Assembly (NCBI GenBank): GCA_964016885.1
Contig: OZ024741.1
Coordinates: forward strand, 131,068,001-131,132,000
Origin: Eledone cirrhosa
Taxonomy: Eukaryota
Length of the DNA stretch: 64,000 nucleotides
Direction of reading: 5' to 3'
The position numbers and the translations under genes are program-made. Below, one piece after another: positions 30,001 through 45,000 of the stretch (the first letter of the stretch is position 1; each line of letters starts with the position of its first letter). The notes below the pieces were generated by a model that was not told where the DNA came from, did no database searches, and saw only the letters and a list, made by a program, of their open reading frames with translations.

Positions 30001-33000
30001 CTTTACACATCATATTTGTCTGTGTAACTAGGGTTGGAAGCAGTGAACATATAACTTTACACATCTTATTTGTCTGTGTAACTAGGGTTGGAAGCAGTGA
30101 ACATACAACTTTACACATCATATTTGTCTGTGTAACTAGGGTTGGAAGCAGTGAACATATAACTTTACACATCATATTTGTGTGTGTAACTAGGGTTGGA
30201 AGCAGTGAACATATAACTTTACACATCATATTTGTCTGTTTAACTAAGGTTGGAAGCGGTGAACATATAACTTTACACATCATATTTGTGTGTGTAACTA
30301 GGGTTGGAAGCAGTGAACATATAACTTTACACATCATATTTGTCTGTGTAACTAGGTTTGGAAGCAGTGAACATATAACTTTACACATCATATTTGTCTG
30401 TGTAACTAGGGTTGGAAGCAGTGAACATATAACTTTACACATCATATTTGTCTGTGTAACTAGGGTTGGAAGCAGTGAACATATAACTTTACATATCATA
30501 TTTGTCTGTGTAACTAGGGTTGGAAGCAGTGAACGTATAACTTTACAGATCATATTTGTCTGTGTAACTAGGGTTGGAAGCAGTGAACATATAACTTTAC
30601 ACATCATATTTGTCTGTGTAACTAGGGTTAGAAGCAGTGAACATATAACTTTACACATCATATTTGTCTGTGTAACTAGGGTTGGAAGCAGTGAACATAT
30701 AACTTTACACATCATATTTGTCTGTGTAACTAGGGTTGGAAGCGCTGAACATATAACTTTACACATCATATTTGTCTGTGTAACTAGGGTTGGAAGCGGT
30801 GAACATATAACTTTACACATCATATTTGTCTGTGTAACTAGGGTTGGAAGCATTGAACATATAACTTTACACATCATATTTGTCTGTGTAACTAGGGTTG
30901 GAAGCAGTGAACATATTACTTTACACATCATATTTATCTGTGTAACTAGGGTTGGAAGCGTTGAACATATAACTTTACACGTCATATTTGTCTGTGTAAC
31001 TAGGGTTGGAAGCAGTGAACATATAACTTTACACATCATATTTGTCTGTGTAACTAGGGTTGGAAGCAGTGAACATACAACTTTACACATCATATTCGTC
31101 TGTGTAACTAGGGTTGGAAGCAGTGAACATATAACTTTACACATCATATTTGTCTGTGTAACTAGGCTTGGAAGCGGTGAACATATAACTTTACACATCA
31201 TATTTGTCTGTGTAACTAGGGTTGGAAGCAGTGAACATATAACTTTACACATCATATTTGTCTGTGTAACTAGGGTTGGAAGCGGTGAACATATAACTTT
31301 ACACATCATATTTGTCTGTGTAACTAGTGTTGGAAGCCGTGAACATATAACTTTACACAGCATATTTGTCTGTGTAACTAGGGTTGGAAGCAGTGAACAT
31401 ATAACTTTACACATCATATTTGTCTGTGTAACTAGGGTTGGAACAGTGAACATATAACTTTACACATCATATTTGTCTGTGTAACTAGGGTTGGAAGCGG
31501 TGAACATATAACTTTACACATCATATTTGTCTGTGTAACTAGGGTTGGAAGCGGTGAACATATAACTTTACACATCATATTTGTCTGTGTAACTAGGGTT
31601 GGAAGCAGTAAACATATAACTTTACACATCATATTTGTCTGTGTAACTATGTTTGGAAGCGGTGAACATATAACTTTACACATCATATTTGTCTGTGTAA
31701 CTAGGGTTGGAAGCGGTGAACATATAACTTTACACATCATATTTGTCTGTGTAACTAGGGTTGGAAGCAGTGAACATATAAATTTACACATCTTATTTGT
31801 CTGTGTAACTAGGGTTGGAAGCAGTGAACATACAACTTTACACATCATATTTGTCTGTGTAACTAGGGTTGGAAGCAGTGAACATATAACTTTACACATC
31901 ATATTTGTGTGTGTAACTAGGGTTGGAAGCAGTGAACATATAACTTTACACATCATATTTGTCTGTTTAACTAAGGTTGGAAGCGGTGAACATATAACTT
32001 TACACATCATATTTGTGTGTGTAACTAGGGTTGGAAGCAGTGAACATATAACTTTACACATCATATTTGTCTGTGTAACTAGGTTTGGAAGCAGTGAACA
32101 TATAACTTTACACATCATATTTGTCTGTGTAACTAGGGTTGGAAGCAGTGAACATATAACTTTACACATCATATCTGTCTGTGTAACTAGGGTTGGAAGC
32201 AGTGAACATATAACTTTACACATCATATTTGTCTGTGTAACTAGGGTTGGAAGCGGTGAACATATAACTTTACACATCATATATGTCTGTGTAACTAGGG
32301 TTGGAAGCGGTGAACATATAACTTTACACATCATATTTGTCTGTCTAACTAGGGTTGGAAGCAGTGAACATATAACTTTACACATCATATTTGTCTGTGT
32401 AACTAGGATTGGAAGCGGTGAATATATAACTTCACACATCATATTTGTCTGTGTAACTAGGGTTGGAAGCAGTGAACATATAACTTTACACATCATATTT
32501 GTCTGTGTAACTAGGGTTGGAAGCAGTGAACATATAACTTTACACATCATATTTGTCTGTGTAACTAGAGTTGGAAGCGGTGAACATATAACTTTACACA
32601 TCATATTTGTCTGTGTAACTAGGGTTGGAAGCAGTGAACATATAACTTTACACATCATATTTGTCTGTGTAACTAGGGTTGGAAGCGGTGAACATATAAC
32701 TTTACACATCATATTTGTCTGTGTAACTAGAGTTGTAAGCCGTGAACATATAACTTTACACATCATATTTGTCTGTGTAACTAGGGTTGGAAGCAGTGAA
32801 CATATAACTTTACACATCATAATTGTCTGTGTAACTAGGGTTGGAACAGTGAACATATAACTTTACACATCATATTTGTCTGTGTAACTAGGGTTGGAAG
32901 CGGTGAACATATAACTTTGCACATCATATTTGTCTGTGTAACTAGGGTTGGAAGCAGTGAACATATAACTTTACACATCGTATTTGTCTGTGTAACTAGG

Positions 33001-36000
33001 GTTGGAAGCAGTGAACATATAACTTTACACATCATATTTGTCTCTGTAACTAGGATTGGAAGCGGTGAACATATAACTTTACACATCATATTTGTCTCTG
33101 TAACTAGGCTTAGAAGCAGTGAACATATAACTTTACACATCATATTTGTCTGTGTAACTAGGGTTGGAAGCAGTGAACATATAACTTTACACATCATATT
33201 TGTCTGTGTAACTAGGGTTGGAAGCAGTGAACATATAACTTTACACATCATATTTGTCTGTGTAACTAGGGTTGGAAGCGCTGAACATATAACTTTACAC
33301 ATCATATTTGTCTGTGTAACTAGGGTTGGAAGCGGTGAACATATAACTTTACACATCATATTTGTCTGTGTAACTAGGGTTGGAAGCATTGAACATATGA
33401 CTTTACACATCATATTTGTCTGTGTAACTAGGGTTGGAAGCAGTGAACATATAACTTTACACATCATATTTGTCTGTGTAACTAGGGTTGGAAGCGGTGA
33501 ACATATAACTTTACACATCATATTTGTCTGTGTAACTAGGGTTGGAAGCAGTGAACATATTACTTTACACATCATATTTATCTGTGTAACTAGGGTTGGA
33601 AGCGTTGAACATATAACTTTACACGTCATATTTGTCTGTGTAACTAGGGTTGGAAGCAGTGAACATATAACTTTACACATCATATTTGACTGTTTAACTA
33701 GGGTTGGAAGCAGTGAACATACAACTTTACACATCATATTTGTCTGTGTAACTAGGGTTGGAAGCAGTGAACATATAACTTTACACTTCATATTTGTCTG
33801 TGTAACTAGGGTTGGAAGCAGTGAACATATAACTTTACACATCATATTTGTCTGTGTAACTAGGGTTGGAAGCGGTGAACATATAACTTTACACAACATA
33901 TTTGTCTGTGTAACTAGGGTTGGAAGCAGTGAACATATAACTTTACACATCATATTTGTCTGTGTAACTAGGGTTGGAATCGGTGAACATATAACTTTAC
34001 ACATCATATTTGTCTGTGTAACTAGGGTTGGAAGCGGTGAACATATAACTTTACACATCATATTTGTCTGTGTAACTAGGGTTGGAAGCGGTGAACATAT
34101 AACTTTACACATCATATTTGTCTGTGTAACTAGGATTGGAAGCAGTGAACATATAACTTTACACATCATATTTGTCTGTGTAACTAGGGTTGGAAGCGGT
34201 GAACATATAACTTTACACATCATATTTGTCTGTGTAACTAGGGTTGGAAGCGGTGAACATATAACTTTACACATCATATTTGTCTGTGTAACTAGGATTG
34301 GAAGCAGTGAACATATAACTTTACACATCATATTTGTCTGTGTAACTAGGGTTGGAAGCAGTAAACATATAACTTTACACATCATATTTGTCTGTGTAAC
34401 TAGGTTTGGAAGCGGTGAACATATAACTTTACACATCATATTTGTCTGTGTAACTAGGGTTGGAAGCGGTGAACATATAACTTTACACATCATATTTGTC
34501 TGTGTAACTAGGGTTGGAAGCAGTGAACATATAACTTTACACATCTTATTTGTCTGTGTAACTAGGTTTGGAAGCAGTGAACATACAACTTTACACATCA
34601 TATTTGTCTGTGTAACTAGGTTTGGAAGCAGTGAACATATAACTTTACACATCATATTTGTGTGTGTAACTAGGGTTGGAAGCAGTGAACATATAACTTT
34701 ACACATCATATTTGTCTGTGTAACTAGTGTTGGAAGCAGTGAACATATAACTTTACACATCATATTTGTCTGTGTAACTAGGGTTGGAAGCAGTGAACAT
34801 ATAACTTTACACATCATATTTGTCTGTGTAACTAGGGTTGGAAGCAGTGAACATATAACTTTACACATCATATTTGTCTGTGTAACTAGGGTTGGAAGCA
34901 GTGAACATATAACTTTACACATCATATTTGTCTGTGTAACTAGGGTTGGAAGCGGTGAACATATAACTTTACACATCATATTTGTCTGTCTAACTAGGGT
35001 TGGAAGCAGTGAACATATAACTTTACACATCATATTTGTCTGTGTAACTAGGATTGGAAGCGGTGAATATATAACTTCACACATCATATTTGTCTGTGTA
35101 ACTAGGGTTGGAAGCAGTGAACATATAACTTCACACATCATATTTGTCTGTGTAACTAGGGTTGGAAGCAGTGAACATATAACTTTACACATCATATTTG
35201 TCTGTGTAACTAGGGTTGGAAGCGGTGAACATATAACTTTACACATCATATTTGTCTGTGTAACTAGGGTTGGAAGCAGTGAACATATAACTTTACACAT
35301 CATATTTGTCTGTGTAACAAGGGTTGGAATCAGTGAACATATAACTTTAAACATCATATTTGTCTGTGTAACTAAGGTTGGAAGCGGTGAACATATAACT
35401 TTACACATCATATTTGTGTGTGTAACTAGGGTTGGAAGCAGTGAACATATAACTTTACACATCATATTTGTCTGTGTAACTAGTGTTGGAAGCAGTGAAC
35501 ATATAACTTCACACATCATATTTGTCTGTGTAACTTGGTTTGGAAGCAGTGAACATATAACTTTACACATCATATTTGTCTGTGTAACTAGGGTTGGAAG
35601 CAGTGAACATATAACTTTACACATCATATTTGTCTGTGTAACTAGGGTTGGAAGCAGTGAACATATAACTTTACACATCATATTTGTCTGTGTAACTAGG
35701 GTTGGAAGCGGTGAACATATAACTTTACACATCATATTTGTCTGTGTAACTAGGGTTGGAAGCGGTGAACATATAACTTTACACATCATATTTGTCTGTC
35801 TAACTAGGGTTGGAAGCAGTGAACATATAACTTTACACATCATATTTGTCTGTGTAACTAGGATTGGAAGCGGTGAATATATAACTTCACACATCATATT
35901 TGTCTGTGTAACTAGGGTTGTAAGCCGTGAACATATAACTTTACACATCATATGTGTCTGTGTAACTAGGGTTGGAAGCAGTGAACATATAACTTTACAC

Positions 36001-39000
36001 ATCATAATTGTCTGTGTAACTAGGGTTGGAACAGTGAACATATAACTTTACACATCATATTTGTCTGTGTAACTAGGGTTGGAAGCAGTGAACATATAAC
36101 TTTACACATCGTATTTGTCTGTGTAACTAGGGTTGGAAGCAGTGAACATATAACTTTACACATCATATTTGTGTGTGTAAATAGGATTGGAAGCGGTGAA
36201 CATATAACTTTACACATCATATTTGTCTGTGTAACTAGGGTTGGAAGCGGTGAACATATAACTTTACACATCATATTTGTCTGTGTAACTAGGGTTGGAA
36301 GCATTGAAGATATAACTTTACACATCATATTTGTCTGTGTAACTAGGGTTGGAAGCAGTGAACATATAACTTTACACATCATATTTGTCTGTGTAACTAG
36401 GGTTGGAAGCAGTGAACATATAACTTTACACATCATATTTGTCTGTGTAACTAGGGTTGGAAGCAGTGAACATATTACTTTACACATCATATTTATCTGT
36501 GTAACTAGGGTTGGAAGCGTTGAACATATAACTTTACACGTCATATTTGTCTGTGTAACTAGGGTTGGAAGCAGTGAACATATAACTTTACACATCATAT
36601 TTGTCTGTTTAACTAGGGTTGGAAGCAGTGAACATACAACTTTACACATCATATTTGTCTGTGTAACTAGGGTTGGAAGCAGTGAACATATTACTTTACA
36701 CATCATATTTGTCTGTGTTACTAGGGTTGGAAGCAGTGAACATATAACTTTACACATCATATTTGTCTGTGTAACTAGGGTTGGAAGCAGTGAACATATA
36801 ACTTTACACATCATATTTGTCTCTGTAACTAGGGTTGGAAGCAGTGAACATATAACTTTACACATCATATTTGTCTGTGTAACTAGGGTTAGAAGCGGTG
36901 AACATATAACTTTGCACATCATATTTGTCTGTGTAACTAGGGTTGGAAGCAGTGAACATATAACTTTACACATCGTATTTGTCTGTGTAACTAGGGTTGG
37001 AAGCAGTGAACATATAACTTTACACATCATATTTGTCTCTGTAACTAGGATTGGAAGCGGTGAACATATAACTTTACACATCATATTTGTCTCTGTAACT
37101 AGGCTTAGAAGCAGTGAACATATAACTTTACACATCATATTTGTCTGTGTAACTAGGGTTGGAAGCAGTGAACATATAACTTTACACATCATATTTGTCT
37201 GTGTAACTAGGGTTGGAAGCAGTGAACATATAACTTTACACATCATATTTGTCTGTGTAACTAGGGTTGGAAGCGCTGAACATATAACTTTACACATCAT
37301 ATTTGTGTGTGTAACTAGGGTTGGAAGCAGTGAACATATAACTTTACACATCATATTTGTCTGTGTAACTAGTGTTGGAAGCAGTGAACATATAACTTCA
37401 CACATCATATTTGTCTGTGTAACTTGGTTTGGAAGCAGTGAACATATAACTTTACACATCATATTTGTCTGTGTAACTAGGGTTGGAAGCAGTGAACATA
37501 TAACTTTACACATCATATTTGTCTGTGTAACTAGGGTTGGAAGCAGTGAACATATAACTTTACACATCATATTTGTCTGTGTAACTAGGGTTGGAAGCGG
37601 TGAACATATAACTTTACACATCATATTTGTCTGTGTAACTAGGGTTGGAAGCGGTGAACATATAACTTTACACATCATATTTGTCTGTCTAACTAGGGTT
37701 GGAAGCAGTGAACATATAACTTTACACATCATATTTGTCTGTGTAACTAGGATTGGAAGCGGTGAATATATAACTTCACACATCATATTTGTCTGTGTAA
37801 CTAGGGTTGTAAGCCGTGAACATATAACTTTACACATCATATGTGTCTGTGTAACTAGGGTTGGAAGCAGTGAACATATAACTTTACACATCATAATTGT
37901 CTGTGTAACTAGGGTTGGAACAGTGAACATATAACTTTACACATCATATTTGTCTGTGTAACTAGGGTTGGAAGCAGTGAACATATAACTTTACACATCG
38001 TATTTGTCTGTGTAACTAGGGTTGGAAGCAGTGAACATATAACTTTACACATCATATTTGTGTGTGTAAATAGGATTGGAAGCGGTGAACATATAACTTT
38101 ACACATCATATTTGTCTGTGTAACTAGGGTTGGAAGCGGTGAACATATAACTTTACACATCATATTTGTCTGTGTAACTAGGGTTGGAAGCATTGAAGAT
38201 ATAACTTTACACATCATATTTGTCTGTGTAACTAGGGTTGGAAGCAGTGAACATATAACTTTACACATCATATTTGTCTGTGTAACTAGGGTTGGAAGCA
38301 GTGAACATATAACTTTACACATCATATTTGTCTGTGTAACTAGGGTTGGAAGCAGTGAACATATTACTTTACACATCATATTTATCTGTGTAACTAGGGT
38401 TGGAAGCGTTGAACATATAACTTTACACGTCATATTTGTCTGTGTAACTAGGGTTGGAAGCAGTGAACATATAACTTTACACATCATATTTGTCTGTTTA
38501 ACTAGGGTTGGAAGCAGTGAACATACAACTTTACACATCATATTTGTCTGTGTAACTAGGGTTGGAAGCAGTGAACATATTACTTTACACATCATATTTG
38601 TCTGTGTTACTAGGGTTGGAAGCAGTGAACATATAACTTTACACATCATATTTGTCTGTGTAACTAGGGTTGGAAGCAGTGAACATATAACTTTACACAT
38701 CATATTTGTCTCTGTAACTAGGGTTGGAAGCAGTGAACATATAACTTTACACATCATATTTGTCTGTGTAACTAGGGTTAGAAGCGGTGAACATATAACT
38801 TTGCACATCATATTTGTCTGTGTAACTAGGGTTGGAAGCAGTGAACATATAACTTTACACATCGTATTTGTCTGTGTAACTAGGGTTGGAAGCAGTGAAC
38901 ATATAACTTTACACATCATATTTGTCTCTGTAACTAGGATTGGAAGCGGTGAACATATAACTTTACACATCATATTTGTCTCTGTAACTAGGCTTAGAAG

Positions 39001-42000
39001 CAGTGAACATATAACTTTACACATCATATTTGTCTGTGTAACTAGGGTTGGAAGCAGTGAACATATAACTTTACACATCATATTTGTCTGTGTAACTAGG
39101 GTTGGAAGCAGTGAACATATAACTTTACACATCATATTTGTCTGTGTAACTAGGGTTGGAAGCGCTGAACATATAACTTTACACATCATATTTGTCTGTG
39201 TAACTAGGGTTGGAAGCGGTGAACATATAACTTTACACATCATATTTGTCTGTGTAACTAGGGTTGGAAGCATTGAACATATGACTTTACACATCATATT
39301 TGTCTGTGTAACTAGGGTTGGAAGCAGTGAACATATAACTTTACACATCATATTTGTCTGTGTAACTAGGGTTGGAAGCGGTGAACATATAACTTTACAC
39401 ATCATATTTGTCTGTGTAACTAGGGTTGGAAGCAGTGAACATATTACTTTACACATCATATTTATCTGTGTAACTAGGGTTGGAAGCGTTGAACATATAA
39501 CTTTACACGTCATATTTGTCTGTGTAACTAGGGTTGGAAGCAGTGAACATATAACTTTACACATCATATTTGACTGTTTAACTAGGGTTGGAAGCAGTGA
39601 ACATACAACTTTACACATCATATTTGTCTGTGTAACTAGGGTTGGAAGCAGTGAACATATAACTTTACACTTCATATTTGTCTGTGTAACTAGGGTTGGA
39701 AGCAGTGAACATATAACTTTACACATCATATTTGTCTGTGTAACTAGGGTTGGAAGCGGTGAACATATAACTTTACACAACATATTTGTCTGTGTAACTA
39801 GGGTTGGAAGCAGTGAACATATAACTTTACACATCATATTTGTCTGTGTAACTAGGGTTGGAATCGGTGAACATATAACTTTACACATCATATTTGTCTG
39901 TGCAACTAGGGTTGGAAGCGGTGAACATATAACTTTACACATCATATTTGTCTGTGTAACTAGGGTTGGAAGCGGTGAACATATAACTTTACACATCATA
40001 TTTGTCTGTGTAACTAGGATTGGAAGCAGTGAACATATAACTTTACACATCATATTTGTCTGTGTAACTAGGGTTGGAAGCGGTGAACATATAACTTTAC
40101 ACATCATATTTGTCTGTGTAACTAGGGTTGGAAGCGGTGAACATATAACTTTACACATCATATTTGTCTGTGTAACTAGGATTGGAAGCAGTGAACATAT
40201 AACTTTACACATCATATTTGTCTGTGTAACTAGGGTTGGAAGCAGTAAACATATAACTTTACACATCATATTTGTCTGTGTAACTAGGTTTGGAAGCGGT
40301 GAACATATAACTTTACACATCATATTTGTCTGTGTAACTAGGGTTGGAAGCGGTGAACATATAACTTTACACATCATATTTGTCTGTGTAACTAGGGTTG
40401 GAAGCAGTGAACATATAACTTTACACATCTTATTTGTCTGTGTAACTAGGTTTGGAAGCAGTGAACATACAACTTTACACATCATATTTGTCTGTGTAAC
40501 TAGGTTTGGAAGCAGTGAACATATAACTTTACACATCATATTTGTGTGTGTAACTAGGGTTGGAAGCAGTGAACATATAACTTTACACATCATATTTGTC
40601 TGTGTAACTAGTGTTGGAAGCAGTGAACATATAACTTTACACATCATATTTGTCTGTGTAACTAGGGTTGGAAGCAGTGAACATATAACTTTACACATCA
40701 TATTTGTCTGTGTAACTAGGGTTGGAAGCAGTGAACATATAACTTTACACATCATATTTGTCTGTGTAACTAGGGTTGGAAGCAGTGAACATATAACTTT
40801 ACACATCATATTTGTCTGTGTAACTAGGGTTGGAAGCGGTGAACATATAACTTTACACATCATATTTGTCTGTCTAACTAGGGTTGGAAGCAGTGAACAT
40901 ATAACTTTACACATCATATTTGTCTGTGTAACTAGGATTGGAAGCGGTGAATATATAACTTCACACATCATATTTGTCTGTGTAACTAGGGTTGGAAGCA
41001 GTGAACATATAACTTCACACATCATATTTGTCTGTGTAACTAGGGTTGGAAGCAGTGAACATATAACTTTACACATCATATTTGTCTGTGTAACTAGGGT
41101 TGGAAGCGGTGAACATATAACTTTACACATCATATTTGTCTGTGTAACTAGGGTTGGAAGCAGTGAACATATAACTTTACACATCATATTTGTCTGTGTA
41201 ACAAGGGTTGGAATCAGTGAACATATAACTTTAAACATCATATTTGTCTGTGTAACTAAGGTTGGAAGCGGTGAACATATAACTTTACACATCATATTTG
41301 TGTGTGTAACTAGGGTTGGAAGCAGTGAACATATAACTTTACACATCATATTTGTCTGTGTAACTAGTGTTGGAAGCAGTGAACATATAACTTCACACAT
41401 CATATTTGTCTGTGTAACTTGGTTTGGAAGCAGTGAACATATAACTTTACACATCATATTTGTCTGTGTAACTAGGGTTGGAAGCAGTGAACATATAACT
41501 TTACACATCATATTTGTCTGTGTAACTAGGGTTGGAAGCAGTGAACATATAACTTTACACATCATATTTGTCTGTGTAACTAGGGTTGGAAGCGGTGAAC
41601 ATATAACTTTACACATCATATTTGTCTGTGTAACTAGGGTTGGAAGCGGTGAACATATAACTTTACACATCATATTTGTCTGTCTAACTAGGGTTGGAAG
41701 CAGTGAACATATAACTTTACACATCATATTTGTCTGTGTAACTAGGATTGGAAGCGGTGAATATATAACTTCACACATCATATTTGTCTGTGTAACTAGG
41801 GTTGTAAGCCGTGAACATATAACTTTACACATCATATGTGTCTGTGTAACTAGGGTTGGAAGCAGTGAACATATAACTTTACACATCATAATTGTCTGTG
41901 TAACTAGGGTTGGAACAGTGAACATATAACTTTACACATCATATTTGTCTGTGTAACTAGGGTTGGAAGCAGTGAACATATAACTTTACACATCGTATTT

Positions 42001-45000
42001 GTCTGTGTAACTAGGGTTGGAAGCAGTGAACATATAACTTTACACATCATATTTGTGTGTGTAAATAGGATTGGAAGCGGTGAACATATAACTTTACACA
42101 TCATATTTGTCTGTGTAACTAGGGTTGGAAGCGGTGAACATATAACTTTACACATCATATTTGTCTGTGTAACTAGGGTTGGAAGCATTGAAGATATAAC
42201 TTTACACATCATATTTGTCTGTGTAACTAGGGTTGGAAGCAGTGAACATATAACTTTACACATCATATTTGTCTGTGTAACTAGGGTTGGAAGCAGTGAA
42301 CATATAACTTTACACATCATATTTGTCTGTGTAACTAGGGTTGGAAGCAGTGAACATATTACTTTACACATCATATTTATCTGTGTAACTAGGGTTGGAA
42401 GCGTTGAACATATAACTTTACACGTCATATTTGTCTGTGTAACTAGGGTTGGAAGCAGTGAACATATAACTTTACACATCATATTTGTCTGTTTAACTAG
42501 GGTTGGAAGCAGTGAACATACAACTTTACACATCATATTTGTCTGTGTAACTAGGGTTGGAAGCAGTGAACATATTACTTTACACATCATATTTGTCTGT
42601 GTTACTAGGGTTGGAAGCAGTGAACATATAACTTTACACATCATATTTGTCTGTGTAACTAGGGTTGGAAGCAGTGAACATATAACTTTACACATCATAT
42701 TTGTCTCTGTAACTAGGGTTGGAAGCAGTGAACATATAACTTTACACATCATATTTGTCTGTGTAACTAGGGTTGGAAGCGGTGAACATATAACTGTACA
42801 CATCATATTTGTCTGTGTAACTAGGGTTGGAAGCGGTGAACATATAACTTTACACATCATATTTGTCTGTCTAACTAGGGTTGGAAGCAGTGAACATATA
42901 ACTTTACACATCATATGTGTCTGTGTAACTAGGATTGGAAGCGGTGAATATATAACTTCACACATCATATTTGTCTGTGTAACTAGGGTTGGAAGCAGTG
43001 AACATATAACTTTACACATCATATTTGTCTGTGTAACTAGGGTTGGAAGCAGTGAACATATAACTTTACACATCATATTTGTCTGTGTAACTAGGGTTGG
43101 AAGCGGTGAACATATAACTTTACACATCATATTTGTCTGTGTAACTAGGGTTGGAAGCAGTGAACATATAACTTTACACATCATATTTGTGTGTGTAAAT
43201 AGGATTGGAAGCGGTGAACATATAACTTTACACATCATATTTGTCTCTGTAACTAGGGTTAGAAGCAGTGAACATATAACTTTACACATCATATTTGTCT
43301 GTGTAACTAGGGTTGGAAGCAGTGAACATATAACTTTACACATCATATTTGTCTGTGTAACTAGGGTTGGAAGCAGTGAACATATAACTTTACACATCAT
43401 ATTTGTCTGTGTAACTAGGGTTGGAAGCGCTGAACATATAACTTTACACATCATATTTGTCTGTGTAACTAGGGTTGGAAGCGGTGAACATATAACTTTA
43501 CACATCATATTTGTCTGTGTAACTAGGGTTGGAAGCATTGAAGATATAACTTTACACATCATATTTGTCTGTGTAACTAGGGTTGGAAGCAGTGAACATA
43601 TAACTTTACACATCATATTTGTCTGTGTAACTAGGGTTGGAAGCGGTGAACATATAACTTTACACATCATATTTGTCTGTGTAACTAGGGTTGGAAGCAG
43701 TGAACATATTACTTTACACATCATATTTATCTGTGTAACTAGGGTTGGAAGCGTTGAACATATAACTTTACACGTCATATTTGTCTGTGTAACTAGGGTT
43801 GGAAGCAGTGAACATATAACTTTACACATCATATTTGTCTGTTTAACTAGGGTTGGAAGCAGTGAACATACAACTTTACACATCATATTTGTCTGTGTAA
43901 CTAGGGTTGGAAGCAGTGAACATATTACTTTACACATCATATTTGTCTGTGTAACTAGGGTTGGAAGCGCTGAACATATAACTTTACACATCATATTTGT
44001 CTGTGTAACTAGGGTTGGAAGCGGTGAACATATAACTTTACACATCATATTTGTCTGTGTAACTAGGGTTGGAAGCAGTGAACATATAACTTTACACATC
44101 ATATTTGTCTGTGTAACTAGGGTTGGAAGCGGTGAACATATAACTTTACACATCATATTTGTCTGTGTAACTAGGGTTGCAAGCCGTGAACATATAACTT
44201 TACACATCATATTTGTCTGTGTAACTAGGGTTGGAAGCGGTGAACATATAACTTTACACATCATATTTGTCTGTGTAACTAGGGTTGGATCAGTGAACAT
44301 ATAACTTTACACATCATATTTGTCTGTGTAACTAGGGTTGGAAGCGGTGAACATATAACTTTACACATCATATTTGTCTGTGTAACTAGGGTTGGAAGCG
44401 GTGAACATATAACTTTACACATCATATTTGTCTGTGTAACTAGGATTGGAAGCAGTGAACATATAACTTTACACATCATATTTGTCTGTGTAACTAGGGT
44501 TGGAAGCAGTAAACATATAACTTTACACATCATATTTGTCTGTGTAACTAGGGTTGGAAGCGGTGAACATATAACTTTACACATCATATTTGTCTGTGTA
44601 ACTAGGGTTGGAAGCAGTGAACATATAACTTTACACATCTTATTTGTCTGTGTAACTAGGGTTGGAAGCAGTGAACATACAACTTTACACATCATATTTG
44701 TCTGTGTAACTAGGGTTGGAAGCAGTGAACATATAACTTTACACATCATATTTGTGTGTGTAACTAGGGTTGGAAGCAGTGAACAGATAACTTTACACAT
44801 CATATTTGTCTGTGTAACTAGGGTTGGAAGCGGTGAAAATATAACTTTACACATCATATTTGTCTGTGTAAGTAGGGTTGGAAGCAGTGAACATATAACT
44901 TTACACATCATATTTGTCTGTGTAACTAGGGTTGGAAGCAGTGAACATATAACTTTACACATCATATTTGTCTGTGTAACTAGGGTTGGAAGCGGTGAAC

